A stretch of 64,000 bases of DNA from Candidatus Bathyarchaeota archaeon (GTDB lineage: Archaea; Thermoproteota; Bathyarchaeia; Bathyarchaeales; Bathycorpusculaceae), in assembly GCA_963833575.1 (NCBI GenBank), contig CAWHXY010000004.1, forward strand, positions 320,001-384,000, read 5' to 3'. Shown piece by piece: positions 38,322 to 48,620 of the stretch. Made by a program: the position numbers and the translations under genes. Under the pieces are notes generated by a model, which did not search any database, had not been told where the DNA came from, and saw only the letters and a program-made list of their open reading frames with translations. Each line of letters begins with the position of its first letter. Positions within the stretch are counted from its first letter, which is position 1.

Positions 38322-41300
38322 TTACCAGAGTTTCCAGGGTAAGTCGTCCATGTACTCGTTTAGGGAGCGGATGGAGTTGCCGTTTTTGCCTTTTTGCTTT
38401 AGTACATCAACAAGTGCTGCTGCCAACTGCAGGTTTGTTATGACTGGTATGTTGAACTCTACTGCTTGGCGTCGGATAATGTAGCCATCAGTTAGGATGT
38501 CTGAGAAACTGTTCTGTCTATTTGCTATGGGCACGTTAATTACTAAATCTATTTTGCGTTCTTGCAAATAGTCTAAGATGTTGGGGTTGGCTTGGGGTTC
38601 CCTTACTTTGTAGAGGAAAGTTGCATTTACGCCAGCTTGATTGAGAACCTTAGCTGTATGAGCAGTCGCGTAGATTCTAAAACCCATCTCCGCTAAAGCT
38701 TGGGCGATGGGTACTACACGTTTTTTCCGTTCCTCATCGCCGCCTACACTTATGAATACGGCACCGTCTTTGGGCGGTATGGTAAATTCTGCCGACTGCA
38801 AAGCTTTTGAAAAAGCATCCGAAAAGTTTTCGCCTAAACAGGCCACTTCGCCAGTGCTAAGCATCTCAACTCCCAAAACAGGATCTGCACCGCTTAAACG
38901 CATAAAACTAAACTGAGGAACCTTAACACCCACATGAGGCGCAACAGTCATCGGCGACAGCTTAACGCCATCAATTTTCTTACCCAACATTGCTAAAGTG
39001 GCAAGTTCAATGAGGTTGATTCCGCGGGTTTTACTTACAAACGGCATGGAACGTGAAGCTCGCAAATTGCATTCAATCACATTAACTACATCATCTTTTA
39101 CAAGGTACTGAATGTTGTAGGGTCCATGAATGTTGAGAGCTTTGACTATTCTTTGTGTGCAATCCTCTATTTTCTTTTGAACCTCAATCTTTAGGGCTTG
39201 AGGAGGAATAGTCATGGTTGCATCGCCACTGTGGACCCCAGCATTCTCCACGTGCTCCATTATAGCGCCAATCAACACGGTTTCTCCATCAGAAACCCCA
39301 TCAACCTCGACTTCTTTAGCACGATTAATAAATTTACTAATAACAACTGGGTGATCAGGCGAAACCTTCGCCGCTAAATTAAGGAAATTCTCAAGAGACG
39401 TCTCGTTATACGCCACGCGCATTGCTGAGCCTGACAGCACATAGCTTGGACGCACAATAACTGGGAATCCGATTTTTTCAGCAAACCGCTTTGCATCACT
39501 AATAGAGAGGAGTTTGCTCCATGGAGGCTGAGAAATCCCCAACTGATCTAGAAGGGCACTGAATTTTGAGCGGTCTTCAGCCAAATCCACATTCTCAGCC
39601 GATGTGCCCAGAAGTTTTACGCCAGCATTTGCAAGTTTCATAGCTAGATTATTTGGAATTTGACCGCCAACGCTAGCGATGACTCCTAACGGATTCTCTT
39701 TCTCGTAAATATCCAAAATCCGTTCAGTAGATAATTCTTCAAAGTATAGTTTGTCTGAAACATCATAATCGGTTGAAACGGTTTCGGGATTATAATTTAC
39801 CATTATTGCTTCTTTTATGCCGTTTTTCTTTAGTGCCCAGATTGTGTTTACGCCGCACCAGTCAAATTCTACGCTTGAACCTATCCGAAAAACCCCAGCG
39901 CCCAACACAATTACTTTGCTTTCGGTAGTGCTTAATTCGATGTCATCCTCGTCTCCACCGTATGTGAGGTAGAGATAGTTTGTTTTGGCAGGCCATTCAG
40001 CGGCTAAGGTGTCAATTTGCTTTACTGCCGGAATTATGTTAGCTCCTTTTCTATATGCCCTTATTGTAAATTCATCTGTACATTGGCATTGGGCTATTTG
40101 CTTGTCTGAGAAACCTAAGCGTTTAGCTTCACGAATAACTTCTGCAGAACTACTTTCTCCAAGATTTAGCTCACGAAGTTCTGCTTCCATGTTAATTATG
40201 TTCTGAATCTTATGCAGGAAAAACGGATCTACACCGCTTAAACGATAAATTTCATTTATGGATATTCCCAATTTTAATGCTTTAACAAGCTCATAGAGTC
40301 GTTCATCAGTTGGGTTTGCGATTGCATCTCTAATTCTTTCTTCTGATTCAGGCTCAGAATCCTCGGGGTTGCAGACTAATCCTATTTTGCCAATATCCAA
40401 CATTCGCACCGCTTTCTGCAATGCCTCTTCAAAACAGCGTCCAATCGCCATAACCTCGCCCACCGAACGCATCTGAGGCCCCACATGGCGATCAGCATTC
40501 TTAAACTTCTGCAGATCCCAACGAGGAATTTTCACCGTTATATAATCTAATGCTGGTTCGAAGCAGGCGGTTGTGACTTCAGTTACTTTATTTATCAGCT
40601 CGGGAAGCGTGTAACCAAGCGTTAACTTTGTCGCTATATAGGCTAAGGGATAACCTGTAACTTTGCTCGCTAAAGCTGAGCTTCTGGACATACGGGAGTT
40701 AACTTCGATAACCCGGTATTCTTCGGACTTAGGATGGAGAGCCCATTGGATGTTACATTCGCCAACAATACCCAAACTTCTAATCGCATTTATCGAAGTA
40801 GACCGGATCAAATGGTATTCGCGGTTTGACAACGTTTGTGATGGTGCAATAACTATGGAGTCGCCGGTGTGAACGCCCATAGGGTCAAAGTTTTCCATGT
40901 TGCAAACTGTTAAGCAGTTATCGGAGTAGTCACGCATGACTTCATATTCAACTTCTTTCCAGTGACCAACATACTCTTCGATGAGAACCTGTCCAATGCG
41001 GCTTTGAGCTATTCCGCGGGTCGCAATTTCTTTAAGTTCAGCGACGTTGTGAGCAACTCCAGCACCTTTTCCGCCAAGAGTGTAGGCAACACGCACTATG
41101 ACCGGGTAACCGATTTCCTCAGCTACTTCTAAGGCGTGGTTTACGCTTGTGGCTGATTTGCTTTGTAACGGTGGAACACCTGCTTTAAGCATTGCTTGGC
41201 GAAACCGCTCTCGGTCACCCGTGTCTTCTATGGCTTTGACAGGCGTACCTAAAACTTTAACATTATACTTTTGCAGTATGCCTGATTTTTCCAGTTCGAT

Positions 41301-41597
41301 ACCGCAGTTAAGAGCTGTTTGTCCGCCGAATCCTAATAGGATGCCATCGGGGCGTTCTTTTTCTATGACTTTTTCGACGTATTCTGGGGTGACGGGAAGA
41401 AGATAGACCTTGCCTGATAAACGTGGGTCAGTCTGGATGGTGGCTATGTTAGGGTTAATTAGTACTGTTTCAATGCCCTCTTCTTTGAGAGCCTTCAGGC
41501 ATTGGCTTCCTGAATAATCAAATTCGGCTGCTTCACCGATTTTTATTGCGCCGCTTCCAAGAACCATCACTTTTTTTATCCAGTCAAACTTGGGCAT
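38322..41597 (-). CDS. carB: Carbamoyl-phosphate synthase large subunit
   Basis: LGSGAIKIGEAAEFDYSGSQ, duplicated ATP-grasp domains, MGS C-terminus. Confidence 0.98.
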   Translation of the reverse strand: MPKFDWIKKVMVLGSGAIKIGEAAEFDYSGSQCLKALKEEGIETVLINPNIATIQTDPRLSGKVYLLPVTPEYVEKVIEKERPDGILLGFGGQTALNCGIELEKSGILQKYNVKVLGTPVKAIEDTGDRERFRQAMLKAGVPPLQSKSATSVNHALEVAEEIGYPVIVRVAYTLGGKGAGVAHNVAELKEIATRGIAQSRIGQVLIEEYVGHWKEVEYEVMRDYSDNCLTVCNMENFDPMGVHTGDSIVIAPSQTLSNREYHLIRSTSINAIRSLGIVGECNIQWALHPKSEEYRVIEVNSRMSRSSALASKVTGYPLAYIATKLTLGYTLPELINKVTEVTTACFEPALDYITVKIPRWDLQKFKNADRHVGPQMRSVGEVMAIGRCFEEALQKAVRMLDIGKIGLVCNPEDSEPESEERIRDAIANPTDERLYELVKALKLGISINEIYRLSGVDPFFLHKIQNIINMEAELRELNLGESSSAEVIREAKRLGFSDKQIAQCQCTDEFTIRAYRKGANIIPAVKQIDTLAAEWPAKTNYLYLTYGGDEDDIELSTTESKVIVLGAGVFRIGSSVEFDWCGVNTIWALKKNGIKEAIMVNYNPETVSTDYDVSDKLYFEELSTERILDIYEKENPLGVIASVGGQIPNNLAMKLANAGVKLLGTSAENVDLAEDRSKFSALLDQLGISQPPWSKLLSISDAKRFAEKIGFPVIVRPSYVLSGSAMRVAYNETSLENFLNLAAKVSPDHPVVISKFINRAKEVEVDGVSDGETVLIGAIMEHVENAGVHSGDATMTIPPQALKIEVQKKIEDCTQRIVKALNIHGPYNIQYLVKDDVVNVIECNLRASRSMPFVSKTRGINLIELATLAMLGKKIDGVKLSPMTVAPHVGVKVPQFSFMRLSGADPVLGVEMLSTGEVACLGENFSDAFSKALQSAEFTIPPKDGAVFISVGGDEERKKRVVPIAQALAEMGFRIYATAHTAKVLNQAGVNATFLYKVREPQANPNILDYLQERKIDLVINVPIANRQNSFSDILTDGYIIRRQAVEFNIPVITNLQLAAALVDVLKQKGKNGNSIRSLNEYMDDLPWKLW

Positions 41598-42742
41598 TAT
41601 TTAGCCTCCAACGTTTTAGCGAATTTATCAAATAACAACTCAGTGTCGTATGGTCCTGGTGACGCTTCAGGATGCCACTGCACAGCAAAAACAGGCTTAT
41701 TTCTGTGTTTGACGCCCTCTGTCGTCTTGTCGTTGGGATTAACGAACCATGGCTCCAGCGGCGTTTTCTTTAACGATTCTAAATCGATTGCATACCCGTG
41801 ATTTTGAGTGGTAATGTAGCATCGGTTACTGTTTAGGTCAAGGGCAGGTTGGTTTTGGGCGCGATGACCGAATTTTAGTTTGTAGGTGTCTCCGCCCATT
41901 GATAATGCCAATATTTGGGCACCTAAACATATTCCCATAAGTGGAACCTTTTCAACTAATTCCTTGATGCACTGTATTGTGTTAGTGCATTTTTTGGGGT
42001 CTCCTGGACCGTTGCTTAAGAAAACACCGTCAGGATCGTAAGCCATTACTTCGCTAGCGGAGGTATCATAAGGCACTCGAACAACATTGATACCTCGTTT
42101 AAGCAAATTACGAATAATGCTATATTTGACTCCACAGTCTATTAGTACAACGGTTTTTTTACCTTCAACGCTATATTTGACGGGTTTTTTAACTGAAACT
42201 TCTTTGACTAAATCCGTTAAGTTGGGGTCAGCAATGTTTTTGCCGTTACTAAGAATAGCGTTCAAATCAGGTTCTTCACCTGATTCAAAGACTTGCAGAA
42301 TTCCAAGCATGACACCGTGAGTTCTGAGTTTTTTTGTCAGTCGTCTAGTGTCGATTCCATAAATGCCTGGGACACCTTCGTCAAGTAGCCACTTGTCGAG
42401 GGTTCTTGTGGATGCCCAATGAAAAGGTTCGTGGCATAACTCATGAATTACTAAGCCTTGAACTTGGATGTGGTCTGACTCAAAATAGAGCGGAAAACCA
42501 AGATTTAATTGAGTTGAGGGAACGCCGTAGTTACCTACAAGAGGGTAAGTAAACGTTAAAATTTGACCTTTATAGGATGGATCAGTAAGCGCTTCCGGAT
42601 AACCAACCATCTGAGTAGAAAATACTACTTCTCCTGAGATCTTTCCTGTTGCGCCAAAACCTTTGCCGATAAATGACGTTCCGTCTTCAAGAAGCAGAAT
42701 TGCTTTTTTATTTTTGTTGGACGTGCTATGTTGTGGGACCAA
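41597..42742 (-). CDS. carA: Carbamoyl-phosphate synthase small subunit
   Basis: GEVVFST, TDPSYKGQ, SNGPGDP, GICLG, QWHPEASPGP. Confidence 0.98.
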   Translation of the reverse strand: MVPQHSTSNKNKKAILLLEDGTSFIGKGFGATGKISGEVVFSTQMVGYPEALTDPSYKGQILTFTYPLVGNYGVPSTQLNLGFPLYFESDHIQVQGLVIHELCHEPFHWASTRTLDKWLLDEGVPGIYGIDTRRLTKKLRTHGVMLGILQVFESGEEPDLNAILSNGKNIADPNLTDLVKEVSVKKPVKYSVEGKKTVVLIDCGVKYSIIRNLLKRGINVVRVPYDTSASEVMAYDPDGVFLSNGPGDPKKCTNTIQCIKELVEKVPLMGICLGAQILALSMGGDTYKLKFGHRAQNQPALDLNSNRCYITTQNHGYAIDLESLKKTPLEPWFVNPNDKTTEGVKHRNKPVFAVQWHPEASPGPYDTELLFDKFAKTLEAK

Positions 42743-42746
42743 AGCC

Positions 42747-44264
42747 CTATTCTACCTGCATGTTTGAATTTTTAAGTTTTGCGTTTTCAGTTTTTTCTGA
42801 AGTGTAGGTTTCTAAGGTTACGTTGAGTTTCTTTTCAGCATCGGCAAAGCTCTTTTTAAGTTTAGCTGTATCATTTTTTGCTTCTGCCATGGTTTTCTTG
42901 CTTGTTGCGATGGATTTTTCAACCTCAACTGCTGATGGACCGCCTTGCACTTTATACATTTCGACTATTTTACGCGGATTTGTGCATTCACTGATGTCCT
43001 CTTTCTTAACTGTCAATTTGACTCCAGCAGCTTGTAAAGCGACCGTTTGTATCATTTCAGGTGTTGCATATAGTAAAGTCTGATGTGAATCGATAAGTGT
43101 CTTAACAAGAGCGCCAACTATCTTGTGAGATGTGCGGAAAGCTACATTGTATTTTCGTACAAATAAGTTGGCGAGCTCTGTTGCTCCGACGAAACCTACG
43201 GCGGCTTTGCTTTCAACGTTTGATGAAACTTTCAAGTTAGGAATAAGCGTTGAAAATATGTTAAGTGACTGGGATAGGTTGTCTACTTCAGCCCAAAGTT
43301 TCGGGGTTACCTCCTGGAAATCTAGATTATATGTTGAAGGCAAACTTTTCACTGCAGCGGCTGAAGCTACGAAATCGCCTAGTGCATAGCTGGCATGTGC
43401 ACGGATGACTTCAAGCACTTCAGGATTCTTTTTCTGCGGCATAATGCTACTAGTTGAAGTGAAATCGTCGGGTAATTCAACTGTTCCGAACTCTTGAGAA
43501 CTCCAAATTATCAAATCCTCAGCTAAACGACTTAAATTCACGGCAAGCAAAACCAAAGCCGCTTGAGTTTCAAGAATAAAGTCTCTGCCTCCCACCGCAT
43601 CAAGCGAATTCTCCAACACATTATCAAAGCCTAAAAGCTGAGCGGTCCGTTTCCGGTTTATTGGGAAACTTGTAGTTGCTAATGCTCCTGCGCCAAGAGG
43701 ACACAGATTAACACGTTCAAAAGCTCCCTGCAGTCTTCCCAAGTCTCTCTCTAACGCTTGAACCTGAGAAAGCAAATAATGCGCAAATGTAACGGGTTGC
43801 GCCGCCTGCAAGTGAGTGTACTCTAAAATGACTGTGCTCACGTGTTTAGTAGCTGTGTCTAAGAGGCTTTTCTGCATCTCAATGACACCAAGCATCATTT
43901 CGACAAGTTCTTTTCTGAGTTGCATGCGAATGGCGGTTACAACTTGGTCATTTCTGCTTTTTGCGACATGCAGGTTTCCGCCGATTTCAGGTCCCGTTTC
44001 CGCAAGGACAGCCTCTTCAACTGCCATATGAACGTCTTCAGCAGAAGAGTCAAGATTAGCTTTAGACTGTTTAGAGAGGGCTTTTAGGATTTTTGCGCCA
44101 TCTTGCCACTGAATAATTTTCTGCTCCATGAGCATTATTACATGGGCTTTATTGATGCCAATGACAGCGTTGGCTAAGCGCTCATCATCTTTTCGTGAAG
44201 ACGTAAACTTTGCTACATCTTCACGCACGGATGATAATCGTCCGCCATGCAGAATCTTTGACAT
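42747..44264 (-). CDS. argH: Argininosuccinate lyase
   Basis: SRNDQV, YTHLQAAQP, SSIMPQKKNP. Confidence 0.97.
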   Translation of the reverse strand: MSKILHGGRLSSVREDVAKFTSSRKDDERLANAVIGINKAHVIMLMEQKIIQWQDGAKILKALSKQSKANLDSSAEDVHMAVEEAVLAETGPEIGGNLHVAKSRNDQVVTAIRMQLRKELVEMMLGVIEMQKSLLDTATKHVSTVILEYTHLQAAQPVTFAHYLLSQVQALERDLGRLQGAFERVNLCPLGAGALATTSFPINRKRTAQLLGFDNVLENSLDAVGGRDFILETQAALVLLAVNLSRLAEDLIIWSSQEFGTVELPDDFTSTSSIMPQKKNPEVLEVIRAHASYALGDFVASAAAVKSLPSTYNLDFQEVTPKLWAEVDNLSQSLNIFSTLIPNLKVSSNVESKAAVGFVGATELANLFVRKYNVAFRTSHKIVGALVKTLIDSHQTLLYATPEMIQTVALQAAGVKLTVKKEDISECTNPRKIVEMYKVQGGPSAVEVEKSIATSKKTMAEAKNDTAKLKKSFADAEKKLNVTLETYTSEKTENAKLKNSNMQVE

Positions 44265-44280
44265 CTTTTTATCTTCCTAA

Positions 44281-45513
44281 TCACTTTTTAGATATACTTG
44301 CTTTTTTTCCAGCCGATTTCTTACTCGTTTTTTTCAGGGCATTGTACATTCTTGTTTGCAATCCCCACAGTTCAATGAAGCCTTTAGAGTAGGACTGATT
44401 GAAGGAGGTTTTGATGTTGTAGTTAGCCAAGTTTTTGTCATAGAGCGACATAGGTGAGGAGCGACCGATAATCTGCATGCTGCCCTTGTAGAGTTTAAGT
44501 TTTACTTCCCCGTTAACATTTTCTTGGGATTTGTTGATGAATGCGTCCAAGTCATCTTTCAATGGATCAACCCACAGTCCAGCGTATGCAAGGAACACCC
44601 ATTCAGCGTCAACCTGCTGTTTAAATAAGACCTGATGACGAGTCATAACCATTTTTTCAAGGTCTTTATGAGCTTCCAAAATCACTGTTGCCGCTGGGCA
44701 TTCGTAAACTTCACGAGATTTTATACCGACAAGGCGGTCTTCAATGTGATCTATTCTGCCCACACCATTTCTGCCAGCAATTTTATTCATTTCCTCAACA
44801 AGTTCAAGGGGCAACATGGACTCGCCATTAACAGCTACTGGAACTCCTGCTTCAAATTGAATAGTAACGATTTCAGGAGTGTTAGGTGCTTTTTCGCCAG
44901 AAACCGTCCATTCATAAGCGTCCTCTGGAGGCTCTTGACTTGCATCCTCAAGCAGCCCACATTCAATGGCTCTTCCCCAGACGCTTGCATCTATGCTATA
45001 TTTTTTGGCTGCATTAGAGACAGGAATGCCTTTGGTTTTTGCATAAGCGATTTCTTCTTCACGCGTCATACCCCATTCGCGCACTGGAGCAATAATTTTT
45101 CTGTCAGGCGCTAAAGAACCCAACGTCACGTCGAACCGTACCTGATCGTTGCCTCTTCCCGTGCACCCGTGCGCTAACGCGGTAGCGCCTTCTTTTTCGG
45201 CGATTTCAACCATTTTCGCAGCGATTAATGGTCTGGAGAGGCTTGTGCTTATTGGATACTTACCCTCATAGAGCGCGTTTGCTTTTATTGCTGGAAAAAT
45301 GTAGTCTTTCGCAAATTCATCTTTTGCATCAATAGAAAAATGTTTGAGAACGCCCAATTTCTTGGCTTTTTCTTCAGCTGCTTTAAGATCTTCCCCTTGA
45401 CCAACATCAACAGTTACTGTAATTACCTGTGCATCGTATTTTTCTTGAAGATATTTAATTAACACGGATGTGTCTAATCCGCCGGAGTATGCTAATACGA
45501 TTTTTTCTGTTAT
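44281..45513 (-). CDS. argG: Argininosuccinate synthase (start extended to a non-canonical ATA)
   Basis: In-frame upstream ITEKIVLAYSGGLDTS; HGCTGRGNDQVRF; RLVGIKSREVYE. Confidence 0.95.
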   Translation of the reverse strand: MTEKIVLAYSGGLDTSVLIKYLQEKYDAQVITVTVDVGQGEDLKAAEEKAKKLGVLKHFSIDAKDEFAKDYIFPAIKANALYEGKYPISTSLSRPLIAAKMVEIAEKEGATALAHGCTGRGNDQVRFDVTLGSLAPDRKIIAPVREWGMTREEEIAYAKTKGIPVSNAAKKYSIDASVWGRAIECGLLEDASQEPPEDAYEWTVSGEKAPNTPEIVTIQFEAGVPVAVNGESMLPLELVEEMNKIAGRNGVGRIDHIEDRLVGIKSREVYECPAATVILEAHKDLEKMVMTRHQVLFKQQVDAEWVFLAYAGLWVDPLKDDLDAFINKSQENVNGEVKLKLYKGSMQIIGRSSPMSLYDKNLANYNIKTSFNQSYSKGFIELWGLQTRMYNALKKTSKKSAGKKASISKK

Positions 45514-45585
45514 TTTTGCTCCCTCATTTTTTAAGCTAAATTGTTCCCGTTACCTTTAACGCTGTATTTTTAAAGGTTTTGACTT

Positions 45586-45603
45586 TTTTGTTACTTAACA
45601 AAA
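45586..45603. promoter_or_regulatory. Candidate operator between divergent arg and ACT-thr clusters
   Basis: TTTTGTTA-CT-TAACAAAA perfect inverted repeat. Confidence 0.45.
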
Positions 45604-45637
45604 TTTAAATGTACCATTTGATACAAGATGTTCCAAT

Positions 45638-46216
45638 ATGACAATAGCTCAAGATGTCCGAAATTACCTGAGAAACAAACCTTACCTACTGGAAGCCTTA
45701 GAAAAAGGCATAGTAAACCTGAGCGAGCTTTCGCGTCAAATACAAAAAGAAATAAAAACCAATGACACCAGCGCTATAAAAGCTGCACTACGCCGATATT
45801 CAGAGGAACTACAGAAGCACAAACATAAAAGAGAAGAAAAAGTCCTCCTCCTTCTAAAGCGTAGCAGCATATCTGTATACGATCGAAAGGCAGTAATAAT
45901 AACTGCAAAAGAAATTGCCGTTAAAACGGGTATGGGAGTTGATTTAGTTGGCAAATTTGTTTACTTACTCGATAGGAGCGATTTGCCTGAACGCGTAAAC
46001 GCTTTAATTAAGCATGATAATTGTACAATGATTGTCGTTCATTCGCCTGAAGAACTTGAGGCAACCCCGGGAGTTGTCGCGTTCCTAACTGCTCTTCTTG
46101 CAGAGCAAAATGTGAACATAATTGAGTTCATTTCTTGTTGGACAGAAACAATTATTGTCGTTGAGAAAAAAGACAGCCTCAAAACCTATGAGACTTTAAC
46201 CAACATGGTAGGTTAA
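45638..46216 (+). CDS. ACT-domain protein (putative amino-acid-responsive regulator)
   Basis: N-terminal helical/HTH-like GIVNLSELSRQI...AIKAALRRY; C-terminal ACT (TPGVVAFL..LLAEQNVNIIEFISC). Confidence 0.85.
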   Translation: MTIAQDVRNYLRNKPYLLEALEKGIVNLSELSRQIQKEIKTNDTSAIKAALRRYSEELQKHKHKREEKVLLLLKRSSISVYDRKAVIITAKEIAVKTGMGVDLVGKFVYLLDRSDLPERVNALIKHDNCTMIVVHSPEELEATPGVVAFLTALLAEQNVNIIEFISCWTETIIVVEKKDSLKTYETLTNMVG

Positions 46217-46315
46217 GAAGCGTAACCGACAATAATAAAATTAATAATGCTGTGACTGATATTTCAGGTACAACTTCACGATCATTCCAATAATTACTGT
46301 AAAGGAGTTTAAACT

Positions 46316-47566
46316 ATGACACATCAAGAATGCATAAACTGCAAAACACAATATGGTATAGACGAGATTCTTTATTTCTGCAAGAAATGCGGGGACATTC
46401 TTGAAATAAAATTTGACTTCAAAGAACTAGCACAAAGCCTCAAAGAAAGCGACTGGAAAACAAAACCTCTATCCGTTTGGAGATACCGCAACTTCATGCC
46501 TATCCACGAAGCTACGAACGTAGTCACCTTAAACGAAGGGGGTACAGGTCTGCACCGCTCACAAAGGTTAGGCGATGAGCTAGGATTAAAACAGCTTTAC
46601 GTTAAGAATGAAGGCGAAAACCCGACAGGCAGCTTCAAAGACCGAGGTATGACCGTTGGCGTTACCAAAGCTGCTGAGCTTGGCGCAAGACATGTTATTT
46701 GTGCTTCAACAGGTAACACCAGCGCCAGTTTAGCTGCTTACGCTGCAAGGGCTGGATTGAAATGCACTGTTCTTATTCCCTCAGGCAAGATTGCCTATGG
46801 AAAATTGGCACAAGCCATGATTCACGGCGCCAAAGTTTTACAGGTCCGAGGAAACTTTGACCAAGCCTTAGAATTCGTTCTTAAACTTGCTGAAAAGCAC
46901 AAGAGCATTTACCTACTAAACTCAATTAACCCCTTCCGCATTGAAGGACAAAAATCGCTGGGATATGAGATCTGCGAACAGCTAAACAACAAAGCTCCAG
47001 ACAGAATCATAATACCCGTCGGAAACGCAGGTAACATAAGCGCCGTCTGGAAAGGCTTAACTGAATTCCACCAACTTGGGTTTATAAAAACACTCCCAAA
47101 AATGACTGGGATACAAGCTGTCGGCTCAGCGCCCATTGCGCAAGCAATCAAAACAAACAGCGAAAAAATAATTCCAGTTGAAAACCCAGAGACAGTAGCC
47201 ACAGCTATTCGAATCGGCGCCCCAGTAAGCTGGAAGAAAGCAGTAAACGCTATTCACGAATCGCATGGAACCGCGGAAACCGTTACCGACGAGGAAATCT
47301 TAGATGCACAGAAAATGCTTGCTCGCATTGAGGGAATTTTCGTGGAGCCTGCAAGCGCCTCATCCATTGCAGGGTTAAAGAAACTGGTTAACAATGGAGT
47401 TATCGACAAAGACGAAAGGGTAGTATGTATCACGACAGGGCACGGTTTAAAAGATCCTGATACTGCGATTAAGCAAAGCGAAAAACCCATTGAAGTTGAT
47501 GCTGAAATCTCAGCAATCGAACAAGCTTTGGGATTGCAAACTCGAAGGGTCATTTTGGCAAGGTGA
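46316..47566 (+). CDS. thrC: Threonine synthase
   Basis: NPTGSFKDRG PLP lysine, ASTGNTSAS, PVGNAGN, EPASA. Confidence 0.97.
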   Translation: MTHQECINCKTQYGIDEILYFCKKCGDILEIKFDFKELAQSLKESDWKTKPLSVWRYRNFMPIHEATNVVTLNEGGTGLHRSQRLGDELGLKQLYVKNEGENPTGSFKDRGMTVGVTKAAELGARHVICASTGNTSASLAAYAARAGLKCTVLIPSGKIAYGKLAQAMIHGAKVLQVRGNFDQALEFVLKLAEKHKSIYLLNSINPFRIEGQKSLGYEICEQLNNKAPDRIIIPVGNAGNISAVWKGLTEFHQLGFIKTLPKMTGIQAVGSAPIAQAIKTNSEKIIPVENPETVATAIRIGAPVSWKKAVNAIHESHGTAETVTDEEILDAQKMLARIEGIFVEPASASSIAGLKKLVNNGVIDKDERVVCITTGHGLKDPDTAIKQSEKPIEVDAEISAIEQALGLQTRRVILAR

Positions 47567-48618
47567 ATATGAAAATGAGGATTATCTTAGTTGGCTATGG
47601 CGTAGTCGGGAAGGGTGTAACCACTATTCTGGCTCAAAGAAATGTAGAAAAAATTAAAGATTATGGGTTTAACCCAAAAATAGTTGCCATCGCTGATATT
47701 GATGGCGCTGTCATCAGCCCAAAGGGTCTGAGCCCTGAAAAGCTGGAAGCTATTAAGCAACGTGGGTACCCAATTTCTGCAGATCCCGACTTCGGACAAC
47801 CAGGAATCCCAGCGTTAGAGGTTATTGAGTCGGTTGAAGCAGAAGTGGTTGTTGAAGTTACACCTGTAAACATTAAAAACGGTGAACCAGCCCTATCACA
47901 CATCACCACGGCTTTTAAAACGGGAAAACATGTCGTTACAACTAACAAAGGACCATTAGCCCTAGCCATGCCAGCCCTCACAGAACTAGCGGATTATAAC
48001 AATGTTTACCTACGTTTTAGCGGTACCGTTGGGGGTGGAACACCCATGCTGGAGTTTGCTAAACGATGCCTCGCAGGCGACAAAATTCTATCCATACGAG
48101 GAATACTAAACGGTACAACCAATTACATTCTAACTGAAATGTCACAAAACCGCGTTACGTTCCAAGAAGCATTAGCAAATGCGCAGAAACTTGGTTACGC
48201 TGAAAGAGAACCATCAATGGATATTGACGGATTTGATACCGCATGCAAAGTAGTCATTTTAGCAAACTGGATTATGAACAAAAAAATCACCTTAAAAGAC
48301 GTTGACATAACAGGCATCCGAGACGTTTCTTTGCAAGCACTTGACGAAGCTTCAAAAAGAGGCAATACAATCAAGCTCATAGGTTCAATAGATGGCGACA
48401 AACCAGCCGTTAAGCCAACAGAAATACCCAAAAACCACCCCATATGCGTCAGCGGAGTTCTCAATGCAATAACTTTCTCTACTCAATATGCTGCAGAACA
48501 AACTCTCATAGGTAGAGGCGCAGGGGGAATTGAGACTGCGAGTGCAGTTTTAAGAGATCTTCTAGACATAAGACATAAGTTAGCAAACCGGATGCTAAAT
48601 AATAGCTCGGAGTCCTAA
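47563..48618 (+). CDS. hom: Homoserine dehydrogenase
   Basis: GYGVVG, VVTTNKG, VGGGTP, GILNGTTNYIL, GRGAGG.ETASAV. Confidence 0.96.
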   Translation: MNMKMRIILVGYGVVGKGVTTILAQRNVEKIKDYGFNPKIVAIADIDGAVISPKGLSPEKLEAIKQRGYPISADPDFGQPGIPALEVIESVEAEVVVEVTPVNIKNGEPALSHITTAFKTGKHVVTTNKGPLALAMPALTELADYNNVYLRFSGTVGGGTPMLEFAKRCLAGDKILSIRGILNGTTNYILTEMSQNRVTFQEALANAQKLGYAEREPSMDIDGFDTACKVVILANWIMNKKITLKDVDITGIRDVSLQALDEASKRGNTIKLIGSIDGDKPAVKPTEIPKNHPICVSGVLNAITFSTQYAAEQTLIGRGAGGIETASAVLRDLLDIRHKLANRMLNNSSES

Positions 48619-48620
48619 AA

